Shown here: piece after piece, positions 47,746 to 59,376 of the stretch | How positions within the stretch are numbered: the first letter of the stretch is position 1 | How the letters are laid out: each line of letters begins with the position of its first letter | Assembly: GCF_000981445.1 (NCBI RefSeq) | Contig: NC_027218.1 | Location: forward strand, 3,162,001 to 3,226,000 | Origin: Babesia bigemina | Taxonomy: Eukaryota | Length of the DNA: 64,000 nt | Direction: 5' to 3' | Translations under genes and position numbers: made by a program | The notes under the pieces: generated by a model | What the model was told of the DNA's origin: nothing | The model's database searches: none | Seen by the model: only the letters and a program-made list of their open reading frames with translations

Positions 47746-48648
47746 ATGGATGAGCTTCCGGCCGTTTTGCAGGGGGTGGACCTGCTGGCGGTGCTCGGCG
47801 TGGAGGTGGTCGAGGATGCCGACGTCGCGGAGCTGCGCCGCGGGCTCCGCCGAACCTTCTTGCGCCGCGCCAAGGAGTGCCACCCCGACAAGCAGAAGCC
47901 CGGTAGCAAGGGGTCGGACACGAGCCTGGAATTCGCGAGACTCAAGGCGGCGTTCGACTACCTGCAGCGCGACGATGTCTTCGCCACGCTGTACAACCGC
48001 GCGCTGCACAAGAAGCGGGAGGAGAAGGCGCGCAAGGAGCGCACGAAGGGCATTTCTGCCAAACAGGCAGCGCATCTCGATGCCCTCCTCCGCAGGGAGC
48101 GGGAGGCCGCTGAGGCGGCTGCCGCTCGGCGGGAGCAGTTCCACCCCGAGAAGCCGTCTCAGCGCGGCTTCCAGGCGTCTTACGAGGACATGTTCGACGC
48201 CCACGCTGCCTCCTCGAGCCAGGCCGGCCCCGCATCGCAACAGGGCATGCTGTTCGTGGCTGCCCGCACCATGAAAATCGCAAACGAGGCCGAGCTCAAC
48301 TGCCTGCTGCTCAGCGACCACTTTTCCAACATGTTCGCCAACTTCGGCTTGCTGCGCGTCCAGCCGATAGACATCACCGAGACGGCCGCTGACGCCGTCA
48401 ACGTGAAGGTCGGCATTTTGGTGTTCCAGTCGCACGAGCACGCGCTGAAGGCGCTGCTGCACTATCGCAAGCACCGGAGCAACTTCAGGTGCGACCTTTA
48501 TGCACTCGCCCTGAAGCCTCAGGGCGACCCTGCAGCGTCCGCCGCCTCGGCTGATGGCGCATCTGCGGAGTCGGAGAGCCTGGAAGACATGGAAGCGCTG
48601 GTGCTCAGTCGGCTCAGACAGGCGGTGGGTGTGAGTGTCAAATTTTAA
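47746..48648 (+). CDS. DnaJ-domain protein with probable C-terminal RRM (DNAJC17/Cwf23-like)
   Basis: J-domain ECHPDK...FARLKAAFDYL; coiled coil; RRM-like FANFGLL...GILVFQSHEHALKAL. Confidence 0.75.
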   Translation: MDELPAVLQGVDLLAVLGVEVVEDADVAELRRGLRRTFLRRAKECHPDKQKPGSKGSDTSLEFARLKAAFDYLQRDDVFATLYNRALHKKREEKARKERTKGISAKQAAHLDALLRREREAAEAAAARREQFHPEKPSQRGFQASYEDMFDAHAASSSQAGPASQQGMLFVAARTMKIANEAELNCLLLSDHFSNMFANFGLLRVQPIDITETAADAVNVKVGILVFQSHEHALKALLHYRKHRSNFRCDLYALALKPQGDPAASAASADGASAESESLEDMEALVLSRLRQAVGVSVKF

Positions 48649-48685
48649 TATCGTGTCAGGCCGCCAAGAGGCGCAAGCTGATGTC

Positions 48686-50153
48686 CTAGTTGGGCGCATA
48701 GGGGTCAGGGTGGTACCGGTACGCTTCGGTGAGTCCGAGCCGGTTGTAGCTGCCGGCTTTGGGCTCTGTGCCGTCGTATATGGCTGAAGGCATTTCGACT
48801 GCCGACCGCTGAGACGTACCTTCCGCTACCGTCCGGTCTCCTGAGTATTTCACGCCGCCCAGCTCCTCCTCGTACAGCCACCTGTTGGCCCAGAGGTCCA
48901 GCAGGCGCAGCGGCTTGACTGGCGTGGTGTCTACCCGCATCTCGGGGTCGACCACAATGTCGTCGATGCGCAGCACCGTCACCCAGTGACGAACCCTGCG
49001 TCCGATGTGAAAAACATTTTTTTAAATACCTCAGAAAACGCGATATGCGCCTCGACTTGCGATAGCGGAAGCTGATTTGTTCTCCGCAGAGCGTCTTTGA
49101 TTGCGTGATATGCTTGCTTTCGTTACCGTACCTGCTGTTCTATGGTCGCCTCCACCTTCGCATAGGGCACGCTGCAGTTGTTTGACGGCGCATGTGAACG
49201 ACGGCCTTACGTTGGTTTGCCGATGATGGTCCAGTCCCGCGAGGCCACCAGCAGGACCGTGCCGAAAGTCACCTTCTCCCCTGTATTCAATTGCCGCTTT
49301 AAAACGCTGCTAACCCACCTGCTGATCGGCGCCTCAACCGCTCTATCTGCACGAGGTCACCCTTGGTCACCTGTGGCAAGTGCACTGCGTTGTAATGACA
49401 ACTACCTTGTGCTGGTGCATCGCGGACGACTTGAATACGCAAAACAGTTCCTCGTAACCCTCTCGCAGTTTCTGCACCACCTCTGGAGGCGGGTAGACAC
49501 TGAAGTTGTGCGACGTGTCGAACACAACCTCCCCCGGCTCATACGGCCTCTGCGATGAAGGTCTGGCCTCCTCATTCAGGCCGCTTCTACCACCGTAGCC
49601 CCTACTTGATCGCGTCTGAGGCAGGCGTTCGTGCAGCACGAAGGTGCAGGTGGGCGGGTTCGCCGGGTTTACGTAGCGGGGCTGCCGCCACTTGCGTGCT
49701 AGCCTCACCCGGTTCTTCCGCGACTTCGTGGTGCGTTTCCAGCGCAGCTTCAGGTCGCGGTACGTTTCGAAACGATTCATGTCCTTATCTTGGTCCAGCG
49801 TGGGATGGATGGGCACCCTGGGCGGGTTGACCTTTCTACGGCGGTGCTTTCCCATGATGAACTCCTGTTGAGCGATGCGTCACTGCGTCACTAAAGCTTA
49901 CGAATTTATGCCCCAGCTGTCTTCTCTGCTTGTGAACCACTATGGAACGCCTGGACTCGGCGTGGGCGGCGTTTGCCAGGACACCGGCACCGCCGGCAAC
50001 GCGGCTGTGCATGGCTGGTATTGGCCCCCCAAATCGCGTATATAGGCTCGCCGAGCCGCATCTCCGCATGAAACACGACGTGTATATGGACCTCCCATTG
50101 ATCATCAGCTGCCCGAGCGAGCGGGTCAGCGATGCCACGTGACGCAGTGCCAT
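48686..50153 (-). CDS. Organellar (probably mitochondrial) ribosomal protein bL21, multi-exon
   Basis: [49 protein letters not shown]; presequence-like [14 protein letters not shown]. Confidence 0.8.
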
Positions 50154-50622
50154 TGCACCTGTGGCCGGGGTACGATCCGACACAATACCGAGCCTTCTAC
50201 GCGCTTACACAACTCATATACCGCAAACTACCACCCTGTTTGAATATGCATGTAGCTTCTCGGCTACAATGCGTAAACGCAGAGGCTACTCCCGTGCTCT
50301 GTGAGCACATCAGATTCCTCCGACACGCATGGAGATTACAGGGCGAAAGCGCTCGTACCGGCTCCTATAAGCGCTTAGTTTCCGCCCTTTCTGAGTTCAG
50401 TCGTGGAAGGCGGTGTCGCGCTTCAATTGCGGCAGTGACGCCACACACTCGCACGCCACGGGACCAGATTCCGCTCCATTCCGGCACAGTGCCCGCGATT
50501 TCGCCAATAAATGTGGACGCCTACTACTCTGCTGAAATCGGGGAGCACCGCTCTCGGAGTACGACTTTAGGGCGGAGAGAGCCGCTGCCTGGCAGGCGCC
50601 AGTCTAACGTAGTCCTGACGAG

Positions 50623-52327
50623 ATGAAGCTCGACCCGTCGCACTTCAGCCACCTGGGCAACACGGAGTTCCGTGTGCTCACGGCGATCGAGCTCGGTATG
50701 CGCAACCACGAGTACATCCCGCTGAAGCTGATCACCGCGACCGCCAACCTGCGGTCCTGCGGGATGTCTAACGTGCTGGCTTCCCTGGCGAAAGCGAAGC
50801 TCATCGTGCACTGCAACGAGAGCTACGACGGCTATAAGCTGACCTTCCTCGGGCTGGACTACCTGGCGCTCCGCGCGCTGCTGAAGCGCGGCGTCATCAG
50901 CGCCGTTGGCAGGCGCATCGGCGTCGGCAAGGAGGCCGACGTCCACCTCTGCACGGACGCCGAAGGCAACCTGCTGGTGCTGAAGCTGCATCGCCTGGGT
51001 GGGTTTTCACAGCCGCGTTGCTAATTCTGCCGCGCAGGCCGCGTCTCGTTCCGCGCCGTCAAGCACAAGCGGGACTACATGGGCAAGCGGAGGCACGCCA
51101 GCTGGATGTACATGTCGCAGCTGGCTGCGAAGAAGGAGTACTCCTACCTGTCTGCGCTGTGGGAGGAGAACTTCCCCGTGCCGCAGCCCCTGGACATAAA
51201 TCGCCATGTTATCGCAATGAAGTTCGTCGACGGCGTGCCCCTGTCGCAGGTGAGTGCCCGCGGCGGCCGTCTCATGTGCGGCAGGTTCGCGAGATGGCGG
51301 AGCCCAAACGCGTTCTGCACATGCTAATGAAGCTTATCGTGCGGCTGGCCCGCGTGGGCATCATACACGGCGACTTCAACGGGTTCAACCTTATGATCAG
51401 CGAGGACGGGAAGCAGGTCACCGTCATCGACTTCCCGCAGGTGGTGTCGGTGACGCACGAGGACGCTGAATTCTACTTCGACCGCGACGTCGAATGCGTT
51501 CGCGAGATGTTCCGCAAGAAGTTCAAGATGGACGTTTTCGAATACCCGAGGTGAGATGCCAACGATAGGCGCGTGTAACGGCTCGCAGGTTCGCCGACGT
51601 GGTCCCGAAAACCGACGACCCGAACTCCTGCGGGCGCCTGAAGCTCAAGGTCGTGATTGACAAGGTCGATGACGGCATTCTGAGCGAGATTTTGCAGCAC
51701 CTGCGCCAGGAGGAGATCGTCAAGCAGGCGGAGTCGGACCCACAGCAGATCTCTGCGCAGATGGAGAAGCTGTCACTGAAACCCGGTGACGCCGAAAAGG
51801 ACGGTGATGAGGATGACGAGAGCGAGAGCGACAGCGACTATCGCTCGTCCGATGACGACGACCCCGCCGGATCCCCGCGCCTAAGCGAGAGCCCTGGAAG
51901 CAGCGAGGCGGACAATGCTGAGAAGTGCGGCTACGACACCGATGACGAGGCCGAGGATGACAATGACCAGGACGCCGAGAGTTCCGCCAATTCCTCGGTA
52001 ACAGAGGACTCAACCCCCGAGGACTCCAGCGACGTGGAATCCGACCCCGCGGACGGGGGAGTCGAAGAGGACGAGGACAGCAGCGACAGCGGTTACGACA
52101 CCGACGACGAGCGCGACCCCGGCGAGGCCGACGGCACCCGCGCTGAGAAGTCCAAGCCCATCCAGATCTGGACGCCGCACGTGAAGCGCATAAACGCCAG
52201 CGCCTACGGCCACCGCATCAACACACGAGCGCGCAACAAGGCGAAGGCCGAGACCAAGAAGGGCCACAAACAACGCAAGCAGCTGACCGAGGCCAACCTC
52301 GCCGTGAAGGGCGGCGGCGTCTGGTGA
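50623..52327 (+). CDS. RIO2: RIO2 atypical kinase, 4 exons
   Basis: [77 protein letters not shown]; acidic tail. Confidence 0.95.
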
Positions 52328-52424
52328 CCCCGGCCGCCATGAACGCACAACGCAGCGCGAACCCACGCAGACACACGAACACGCCTTTCCTGGCCTCAAA
52401 CAACATTATTGCATTTCTGTGTCT

Positions 52425-53228
52425 CTAACTTCGTCCCGGCAGGGGGATGCTCGACGGGTCGGGGGAGCAGAGGTACCTAGGAAGCACATAACCCGTCTCC
52501 TTGCCGGCCTTCGGTTTGGATTTTCCTGGAGATGGTACATTCTTGCGCGCGTGGGCATCCTTCTTCGTGCTCGTGTAGAGCATGTTGACAAGCTGCCTCG
52601 CCTTCTCTTGGACCGTTGGGGACGCGTCGCAGCACCGGCCGGCGCGTCCGTAGTGGGGGAGGGTGCCGACGGCGTCGGCATAGGGCCCGGAGGGGTCCGC
52701 TAGTTCGTTGCACGACTCGTCGTAGTCGTGGCAACAGAGGGTCTCGACGGAGGAGGACATGGTGCAGGTCGAGCCTAGTTGTTCGGAATCTCTGTCGTCG
52801 GTTTTGTAGTCGGACATTTTGTCGCTAAGGTCTACTATAGTTGCATTGCTTGAAACGCTGACGCCCACATTTTTCAGGTGCGCCAGGTCGACATTGATCG
52901 GGTGCCCTTGGGTCGTGTCAAGGGGCGACTGCCCTATTGGCAGTGCGCTGATGCCCACTTCGCGCCCATTGGGCGTCGAGAACGGTGTATCCTGGGCGGA
53001 GGGCATGCGAGACCTTCTGCTGCGCCGCGTCTGTCCTGCGGTGCCCTTTTTCAGCGCGACGCACGCCGTGTTGTCGATTTCGCCGTTGCCAAAGAAGGGA
53101 ACCATTTGGCGGTCCCGGCTGGGCCGCTCTGTGCTTCGTTTTGACGCGGCCGCATCCTGTTGTGCCGACTTCGACCGGGAGCCCTGACGCTGATTGCCCG
53201 GTCCCAAACCGCTGCGATCACTTTCCAT
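52425..53228 (-). CDS. Disordered hypothetical protein with C-terminal SPDPSSIPLP motif
   Basis: 267-aa low-complexity ORF, ATG at 53228; terminal YLCSPDPSSIPLPGRS. Confidence 0.65.
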   Translation of the reverse strand: MESDRSGLGPGNQRQGSRSKSAQQDAAASKRSTERPSRDRQMVPFFGNGEIDNTACVALKKGTAGQTRRSRRSRMPSAQDTPFSTPNGREVGISALPIGQSPLDTTQGHPINVDLAHLKNVGVSVSSNATIVDLSDKMSDYKTDDRDSEQLGSTCTMSSSVETLCCHDYDESCNELADPSGPYADAVGTLPHYGRAGRCCDASPTVQEKARQLVNMLYTSTKKDAHARKNVPSPGKSKPKAGKETGYVLPRYLCSPDPSSIPLPGRS

Positions 53229-54399
53229 CTGCCAACGCGCTGCAGGTCAGGAGATGTGATCAGTGCATGGCGCCGTGGCTCCTGCTGCGCACTCGCCCGG
53301 CATGGCGACTTGATTTATCATAAAATGGACACTCGGTAGATTAATTGTGACGAGGGCGACCGCTTGGTTGAACAAGTGTCGACGAGGCGTGCAGACCTGA
53401 ACAGTAGCGCATACGCTAGCACAGCAACGAATCCAGGGGGCGTATCTAGAGGGCTTCCACAGTGTATTGGAGCCCTGCAACTCTGAGATAAAATCTTAAA
53501 TTTCGTGCGCGCGCACAGCCGGCTCGTTGAGATCGCGGATACTGCTCCGCTATATGTGCATTCGGGCAAAAAAACCAAGGCCCACGGTAATGCAGATAGA
53601 CCGGCTACGGTCAGTGCGAATCGCAAAAAACTAAAGTACACAGGCTCTGGCGTGTTGTCCGCGCGCCGCGCTGCGGTCGGTACCGCACGGCCTGCATTGG
53701 ATGGGGTGAAGCGCGCCAGGATACCAGCGGAAAATTAGCTGCTGCCGGCAGCGAAAAACAGCTCTGCAGCTGCGGGAATCTAATATTTTGCGCGATGCGC
53801 TGCGTGGGCGTTACTGAGGCTCCAGTTCGCGATTTCGGGAGGCTCGCGGCGCAGCCACCAATCCGCGGGAGAACCAGACACCGATGCCACCCACTACTGG
53901 CCGTTAGAAGATTATAGTACTTTGCGTCAACGACCGATGACGACGGGTTTATGCCGCTAACCATCGTAGGGGCGCCCGCGTTCTCACTATAATTGTACAC
54001 ACCAGGCCAGCGCCGCGTTCACCGACCCGGGACCGACTTCCATGCGTTTGAGCCGCCTCAAAGTGCCATGTGTCCGTCGCAGCAGCCTGAATATTCATCG
54101 GTGGGGCGTAGTTTCGTGCGACGTTGGTCCAGCTGCTCCCGTCACTTCATATCACTCTTCCACCGCCGCAAAAAAAATTTCACGCGAAAAAAATTTGTCT
54201 CACTGTATTTTCGTTGCGCTTGTTCGCGAAGGTGCGTTTTGAGCGTCCCGTTATCGTGGTGTCTGAATTCACACATAGCAACTCCGGTCCACTGTCGCTC
54301 AGAGCCGTTTCACCCTGACGATTGTCTCCCACGCTGCCAGTCGGCACACATAAGCCGCCACGCGCTGTCTATTCGACGCCATTTGCACGTTTTGGCAAA

Positions 54400-55404
54400 A
54401 TGAAGATTGGCACTCACAGTGGCAACTTCCATTGCGACGAGGCTCTGGCCATTTCCATTTTGAAGCTGTTGCCTGAGTGCAAAGATGCGACCGTCGTGCG
54501 CACGCGTGACCCGGACGTGTTGAGCACGTGCAGCGTCGTCGTCGACGTCGGAGGCGTCTACGACCCGAGCAAGGGGAGGTAGGAATTACGCATGCTGCCA
54601 TCACCGGCTTTTAGATTTGACCACCACCAGGGGTCATTTGACGAATACTTCGACGAGAACCACCGGGTGACCCGACTGAGTTCTGCTGGCCTCGTGTACA
54701 AGCACTTCGCCAAGCGCGTGTTCAAAGAGGTGTACGGTGTCACCGACGAGGCGAACCTGAACGACATTTACCTGCACGTATACGACAACCTGATCCAGTC
54801 CATTGACGCAGTCGATACCGGCGTGCCGATCGCCGATGGTAACCTGAGGTATGAGGTCAACACCAGCCTGCCTTCGCGGGTGGGTCGGCTGAACCCCTCG
54901 TGGGTCGAGACGCACGTCGACGTCAACAAGCGTTTTGAGCAGGCCATGCAAATTACGCTCGAGGAGTTCGATTACTTCGTCAGAAATTTCATTGACGTGC
55001 ACTTGACCGCCAAGACAGTGTTTTTGCAGGTCTACCAGAAGCGGTTCGAGACCCACCCCTCGGGGCTGGTGATCGAGACTCCGCGGGGCATGCCTTTCTT
55101 CGGCAGGCTGTACCATTTGGAAGAGAAGGAGAACATCCCCACCGACCAGCGTGTGGCGTTCTACGTCAATTACGAGGCTGCAACGGGGCAGTGGAGGTGC
55201 AGCTGTGTCAGTGAACGCGGCCAGCAGTTCACCTGCAGGAGGCCCTTCCCCGAGCGTCTCGCCGGTCTCACCAACGCGGAGTTGGAGAATGCTTCTGGCA
55301 TCAAGGGACTCACGTTCATTCACCGCGGCAGGTTCACCTGTGGTGGCCTGACCAAGGAGGCCGTGCTCAGCCTCATCACGCTCACTCTCCAAGAGAAGAA
55401 CTAA
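54400..55404 (+). CDS. MYG1: MYG1 exonuclease family protein, 2 exons
   Basis: [58 protein letters not shown]; intron at about 54579-54614. Confidence 0.93.
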
Positions 55405-55538
55405 TCGCCACGCTTCCGCTAAATACATCGGGAAGCCTCGCTGCCCCTCGGGGGCCTAGGTGTCCTTGAGAACGACACCGCCACCACTACATATGTACAA
55501 AACCAGACTGTGCAACTGAATGTAGTTCTTTTCCCACT

Positions 55539-56832
55539 TTACACGGTGTCCAGCAGCGGGTGCATCTGGTAGTAGAAGTATATGCCGTCGGAGATGTGGT
55601 CCATCATGGACACCTGTATGAGCAGCACCCCGTCGTCCTTGATGGCGATGCGGATGCGCCTCGCCAGCTTGATCCCGTTGGTCACGCCCTGCCAGCAGCG
55701 CATGGAGTACGTGTGCATGTGCTGCGTGTGGACGTTGAACTCGTCGAAGACGTTGGTGTCGTAGCTGAAGTCCCACTCCAGCGCCATCGACGACCGGCCT
55801 CGCGCCTGCGCAACGTGAACGCGGACCGTGGCGACTTACCAGGCCAAGCACGCACCTGTTGTTGGTTTCGTCGGGCGGGACGAGCTCCAGGACGAGCTTG
55901 CTGCTCGCGGAGTCCGATGCGATATCGTGGAGGCAGGGGTACAGCAGTTTTGGCTGCAGCGATGACACCACCCAACCACCCAGGGGCGGACCTACCGATA
56001 TTGAAAAATAGTCCACATCGACGAAGTTGAAGTCCGACCCGTCAAAGGGCAGTTGCAGCTGCGGTCACGTGAGGGGCCGCTGCCGTGACACCTACCGGGT
56101 TCAGGTTGATCGTCTTCAGCCGGCAGACCATCGACTGCCCGATGTCGCTCGTGTGCCAGTATTCGGCGTAGCTCACGCACCGGCCGTTGAGCACGATCTG
56201 CCGGTCGTCGCTATCGTACGACATCACCATCTCCTGCTGCGGCGGCGTGTAACAGGGGGCGCCCGCACTCACCTTGTGCGAATACATGTTCAGGCAGACC
56301 ATCAGCGACTGCAGGGGCACTGCGATGTCCACGATGTGCCGGTAGTCGCTGCCGTCCATCGACGTGATCGAGTACTTCAGCAGTCGGGACTTGGGCACGC
56401 GCACGCAGGTGTACATCGCCTGGCCGCTCATCATGGACTGCATCATCATGCCTGCGCGGAGTCCAGCCGCTTGTAACAAACCAGCCACTCACAGTTGGGG
56501 TCGAAGACCAGGTGGATGTAGAACAGACTCTTCATCTGGTTGTTCGCGTAGTCCAATGCATTGACCTTGAACACGGCGGTGTTGCGCCCTGCAGGCACGT
56601 TAGCAGCTCCGCGACGGCACCCACCTCCCAGCGACGGGTTTATGGGCAGCAGCAGCTGCTTCAGGAACCCTGCGGACGGGAAGACACATTCGATCTTGAA
56701 TTCGCTGCGATGCTTGCGATGTGCCGCCAGGTTCATGCTGTAGTCCCAGTCGCCCGGGGTGGTGAAGACGCTCTCCGTGAGGGACTCATCGTTGACGATC
56801 GACCTGCTGCGGCGTATGTAGAGCTGCGACAT
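55539..56832 (-). CDS. PCNA-fold protein, Rad1 (9-1-1 checkpoint clamp)-like, multi-exon
   Basis: IAVPLQSLMVCLNMY, MVCRLKTIN, and C-terminal YSMRCW..GIKLARRIRIAIKDDGVLLIQV..IYFYYQMHP follow the Rad1 pattern. Confidence 0.6.
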
Positions 56833-56918
56833 CGTGGCCACGGGAAGCGTCAGTCACCGCGGTGTGTGGACGGAGCTGCCGCCGCGTCCGTTCGTAGGAG
56901 CGGCGCACAAGATGTGAA

Positions 56919-59110
56919 ATGAACGCCGTTAATCTCGATGGCAGGCTCCTGATACACTCTTTCGTACTGGCGGCGACGTGTCTTCTACAGCTGCCCGTGG
57001 AGTGTGTCGACTGCCGGGCGCGCGCATTAGCTCCCAGCAGGAGCCTCCTTCCACTCGCGCAGCCGGGATTCCTCACCAGGCCGTCACGCCCGTCACCTCA
57101 GCGTCTGCTAGGTGCGCGGGCGCTGCCGCCAACCGCCCATGGAACGGATGTGCCGAGCACGTACTCCGAGCAGGTCGACTACTACGAGGAGCATCTGCGC
57201 AGCCAAGCGCCAAAGCCTGGATCCAGGTACTACATTCTCGCCATAGAGACCAGCTGCGACGATGCGTGCGCCGCGATACTCTCCAGGTAAGGTGTGGCTC
57301 TCCACCCCGGTGAACCTTCTGCAGCGACGGCGACATCCTCGCCGAGGAGCGTGCCGGCAACCCCGAGTCGCTGATCAAATTCGGCGGCATCAAGCCAGAC
57401 GAGCTGTATCGCTTCCACCTCGAGCACCTTGGGTCGATCATTGACCGTGTAGTCGCCAACGCTGGTACGGCATGCCTCCGCCGCCGCCATTGTTTGCAGG
57501 GGTCCGCATGGCCGACGTGAAGCGCATCGCTGTGACACGTGGACCTGGCATGACCATCTGCCTGAAGGCTGGTTACGATGCCGCTGCCGAGATCTCGACG
57601 CGGTACGGAATCCCCCTTGTTGCGGAGAACCATCTTGCCGGACACTGCCTGTCGCCCTTCATCAAGGGCCACCAGTTCGGCATCTCCGCCGGAGGCGACG
57701 CACACCCCTCTCAAGTCAGTTCACATGTGTATTGTCTAATCGCCCGCAGGAGCTCAGGTACCCTTTCCTCTCGCTGCTGCTTTCGGGAGGGCACTCACAA
57801 ATCTACGTCGTGGAGGGGCCCGCCAAGTTCCACATGCTGACCGACACTATGGACACCTACGCCGGCAACGTGCTTTACAAGTGCGCCAAGGAGTTGGGGC
57901 TCCCGATCAGCAACGGCGGTGGCCCCTCGCTGGAGGAGGCTGCGAGGAAGGCTCGGGGCGACCCCATCTTCAGCATGACTGAGCCGTGCAAGGACATGGC
58001 CTTCACCAGCTTCTGGTGGGTGGCAGCGGGTCGCGAAACCTCACATTAGTCGCAGTTTCTCGGGCGTACACACGCAACTCCGGGCGATGCTGGCACGGTT
58101 GAGGAAGGAGTACGGCCAGGACGTGACAACCAAAAACCCCGATGTCGTGAACCACCTGGCGTACACCTGTCAGGAGAGTAAGTTGCCCATCCATCAACAT
58201 TTTCATGACCGTTACAGTTGTGTTCCAGCAAGTGCTGCGCCAGCTGAACAAGGCACTGGACATTTGCGACAGCCTGTTCGGGATCGATCAGCTGGTCGTT
58301 GTCGGAGGCAAGTTACTTTTGCGCTTCAGCACACTTTGCGCAGGCGTGTCGTGCAACGAGCGGTTGCGTGAGCTCATTGCGGATCTCTTGCGCAAGCGCG
58401 CAGATTCAGCAGGGAGCCGGATCAGGGCGTTCGCCACCCGCATGTACGGCAACGTCAAGAAGGCGTGGCCGCTCAAGGACTTCGAACGCAACGACGCGGA
58501 CGAGAACATACTCGTCCGCAATTTGGTCGACCGTATGCGTGGCGTTCGGGAGCTGCCGGAGCTCCTCCGTCTGCTCTGGAGCCACGACCTCTACCCCGAC
58601 CTCCTGCAGCGCAGGGAGGGCATCCACCTCAGCGTCCAGCACAAAAACGCGCTGTACAGCGCGCTCATGCAGGCCTATCTGTCGTTACTGAGTGACACCG
58701 AGGCCTACCATTTGCACAGGAACCTGCTCGATAAAAGCCGGGAACGGGAGGTTGATCTCCAGCCGGACCCACGGGTTCTGGAGGAGCTCGTGAACCTCGA
58801 GCGGCAGCAGCGCTCCAGCCTCATAGCCGGTCGCCGCCACGCCAAGGAAGAAAAGCGCGAGTGGCAGCTGTTCACGACATCGGGCAAGTACTGCACGGAC
58901 AATGCGGTGATGGTCGCTCACAGCCTGCTGGAGAAGCACCGGTACGTCACGTGACTCTTACCTGTCCATATCGAATGCAGAGCCGGCCTAGATGGGATCC
59001 CTGGCAGCGTATTTGAGCACCGTGTGGTCGACCAGTGGGACCTTGCCTCCAGGAGGCATTGGGAGATGCTCTCCAACATCGCCCTGCTCCACTCGCTCAC
59101 CCACGACTGA
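56919..59110 (+). CDS. t6A synthase TsaD/Kae1-family protein, probably apicoplast-targeted, multi-exon
   Basis: ILAIETSCDDACAAI, FGGIKP, IAVTRGPG, ENHLAGH, LSLLLSGGHS, GGPSLE, FSG, GGVSCN, YCTDNAVMVA; N-terminal signal peptide plus basic segment. Confidence 0.9.
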
Positions 59111-59208
59111 TTGGTGCCACGCAGGCTCCCTGCGGATCAGCCACACCCGCCCACATACAATGCAGTACTTGTGTTATACCTTACAAATATATACCGATTC
59201 ATGTCGCG

Positions 59209-59376
59209 TGTTTTCTACGCTACTTCTGTGATGTGTTGTCTACGCTACTTCTGTGATGTGTTGTCTACGCTACTTCTGTGATGTGTTGTCTACGCTACTT
59301 CTGTGATGTGTTGTCTACGCTACTTCTGTGATGTGTTGTCTACGCTACTTCTGTGATGTGTTGTCTACCCTACTTG
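59209..59376. repeat. 25-bp minisatellite TGTTGTCTACGCTACTTCTGTGATG, about 6.6 copies
   Basis: Period-25 copies start at 59209 (one mismatch), 59234, 59259, 59284, 59309 and 59334, with a partial copy at 59359. Confidence 0.97.

Noticed and set aside
42821..48699. Long antisense ORFs (42821-44017, 47299-48699; also 13284, 35198, 54634, 61694)
   Set aside because: Shadows of GC3-rich genes on the opposite strand; no recognisable motifs.
59209..59376. CRISPR-like repeat array
   Set aside because: No spacers (head-to-tail copies), eukaryotic context, no cas genes.
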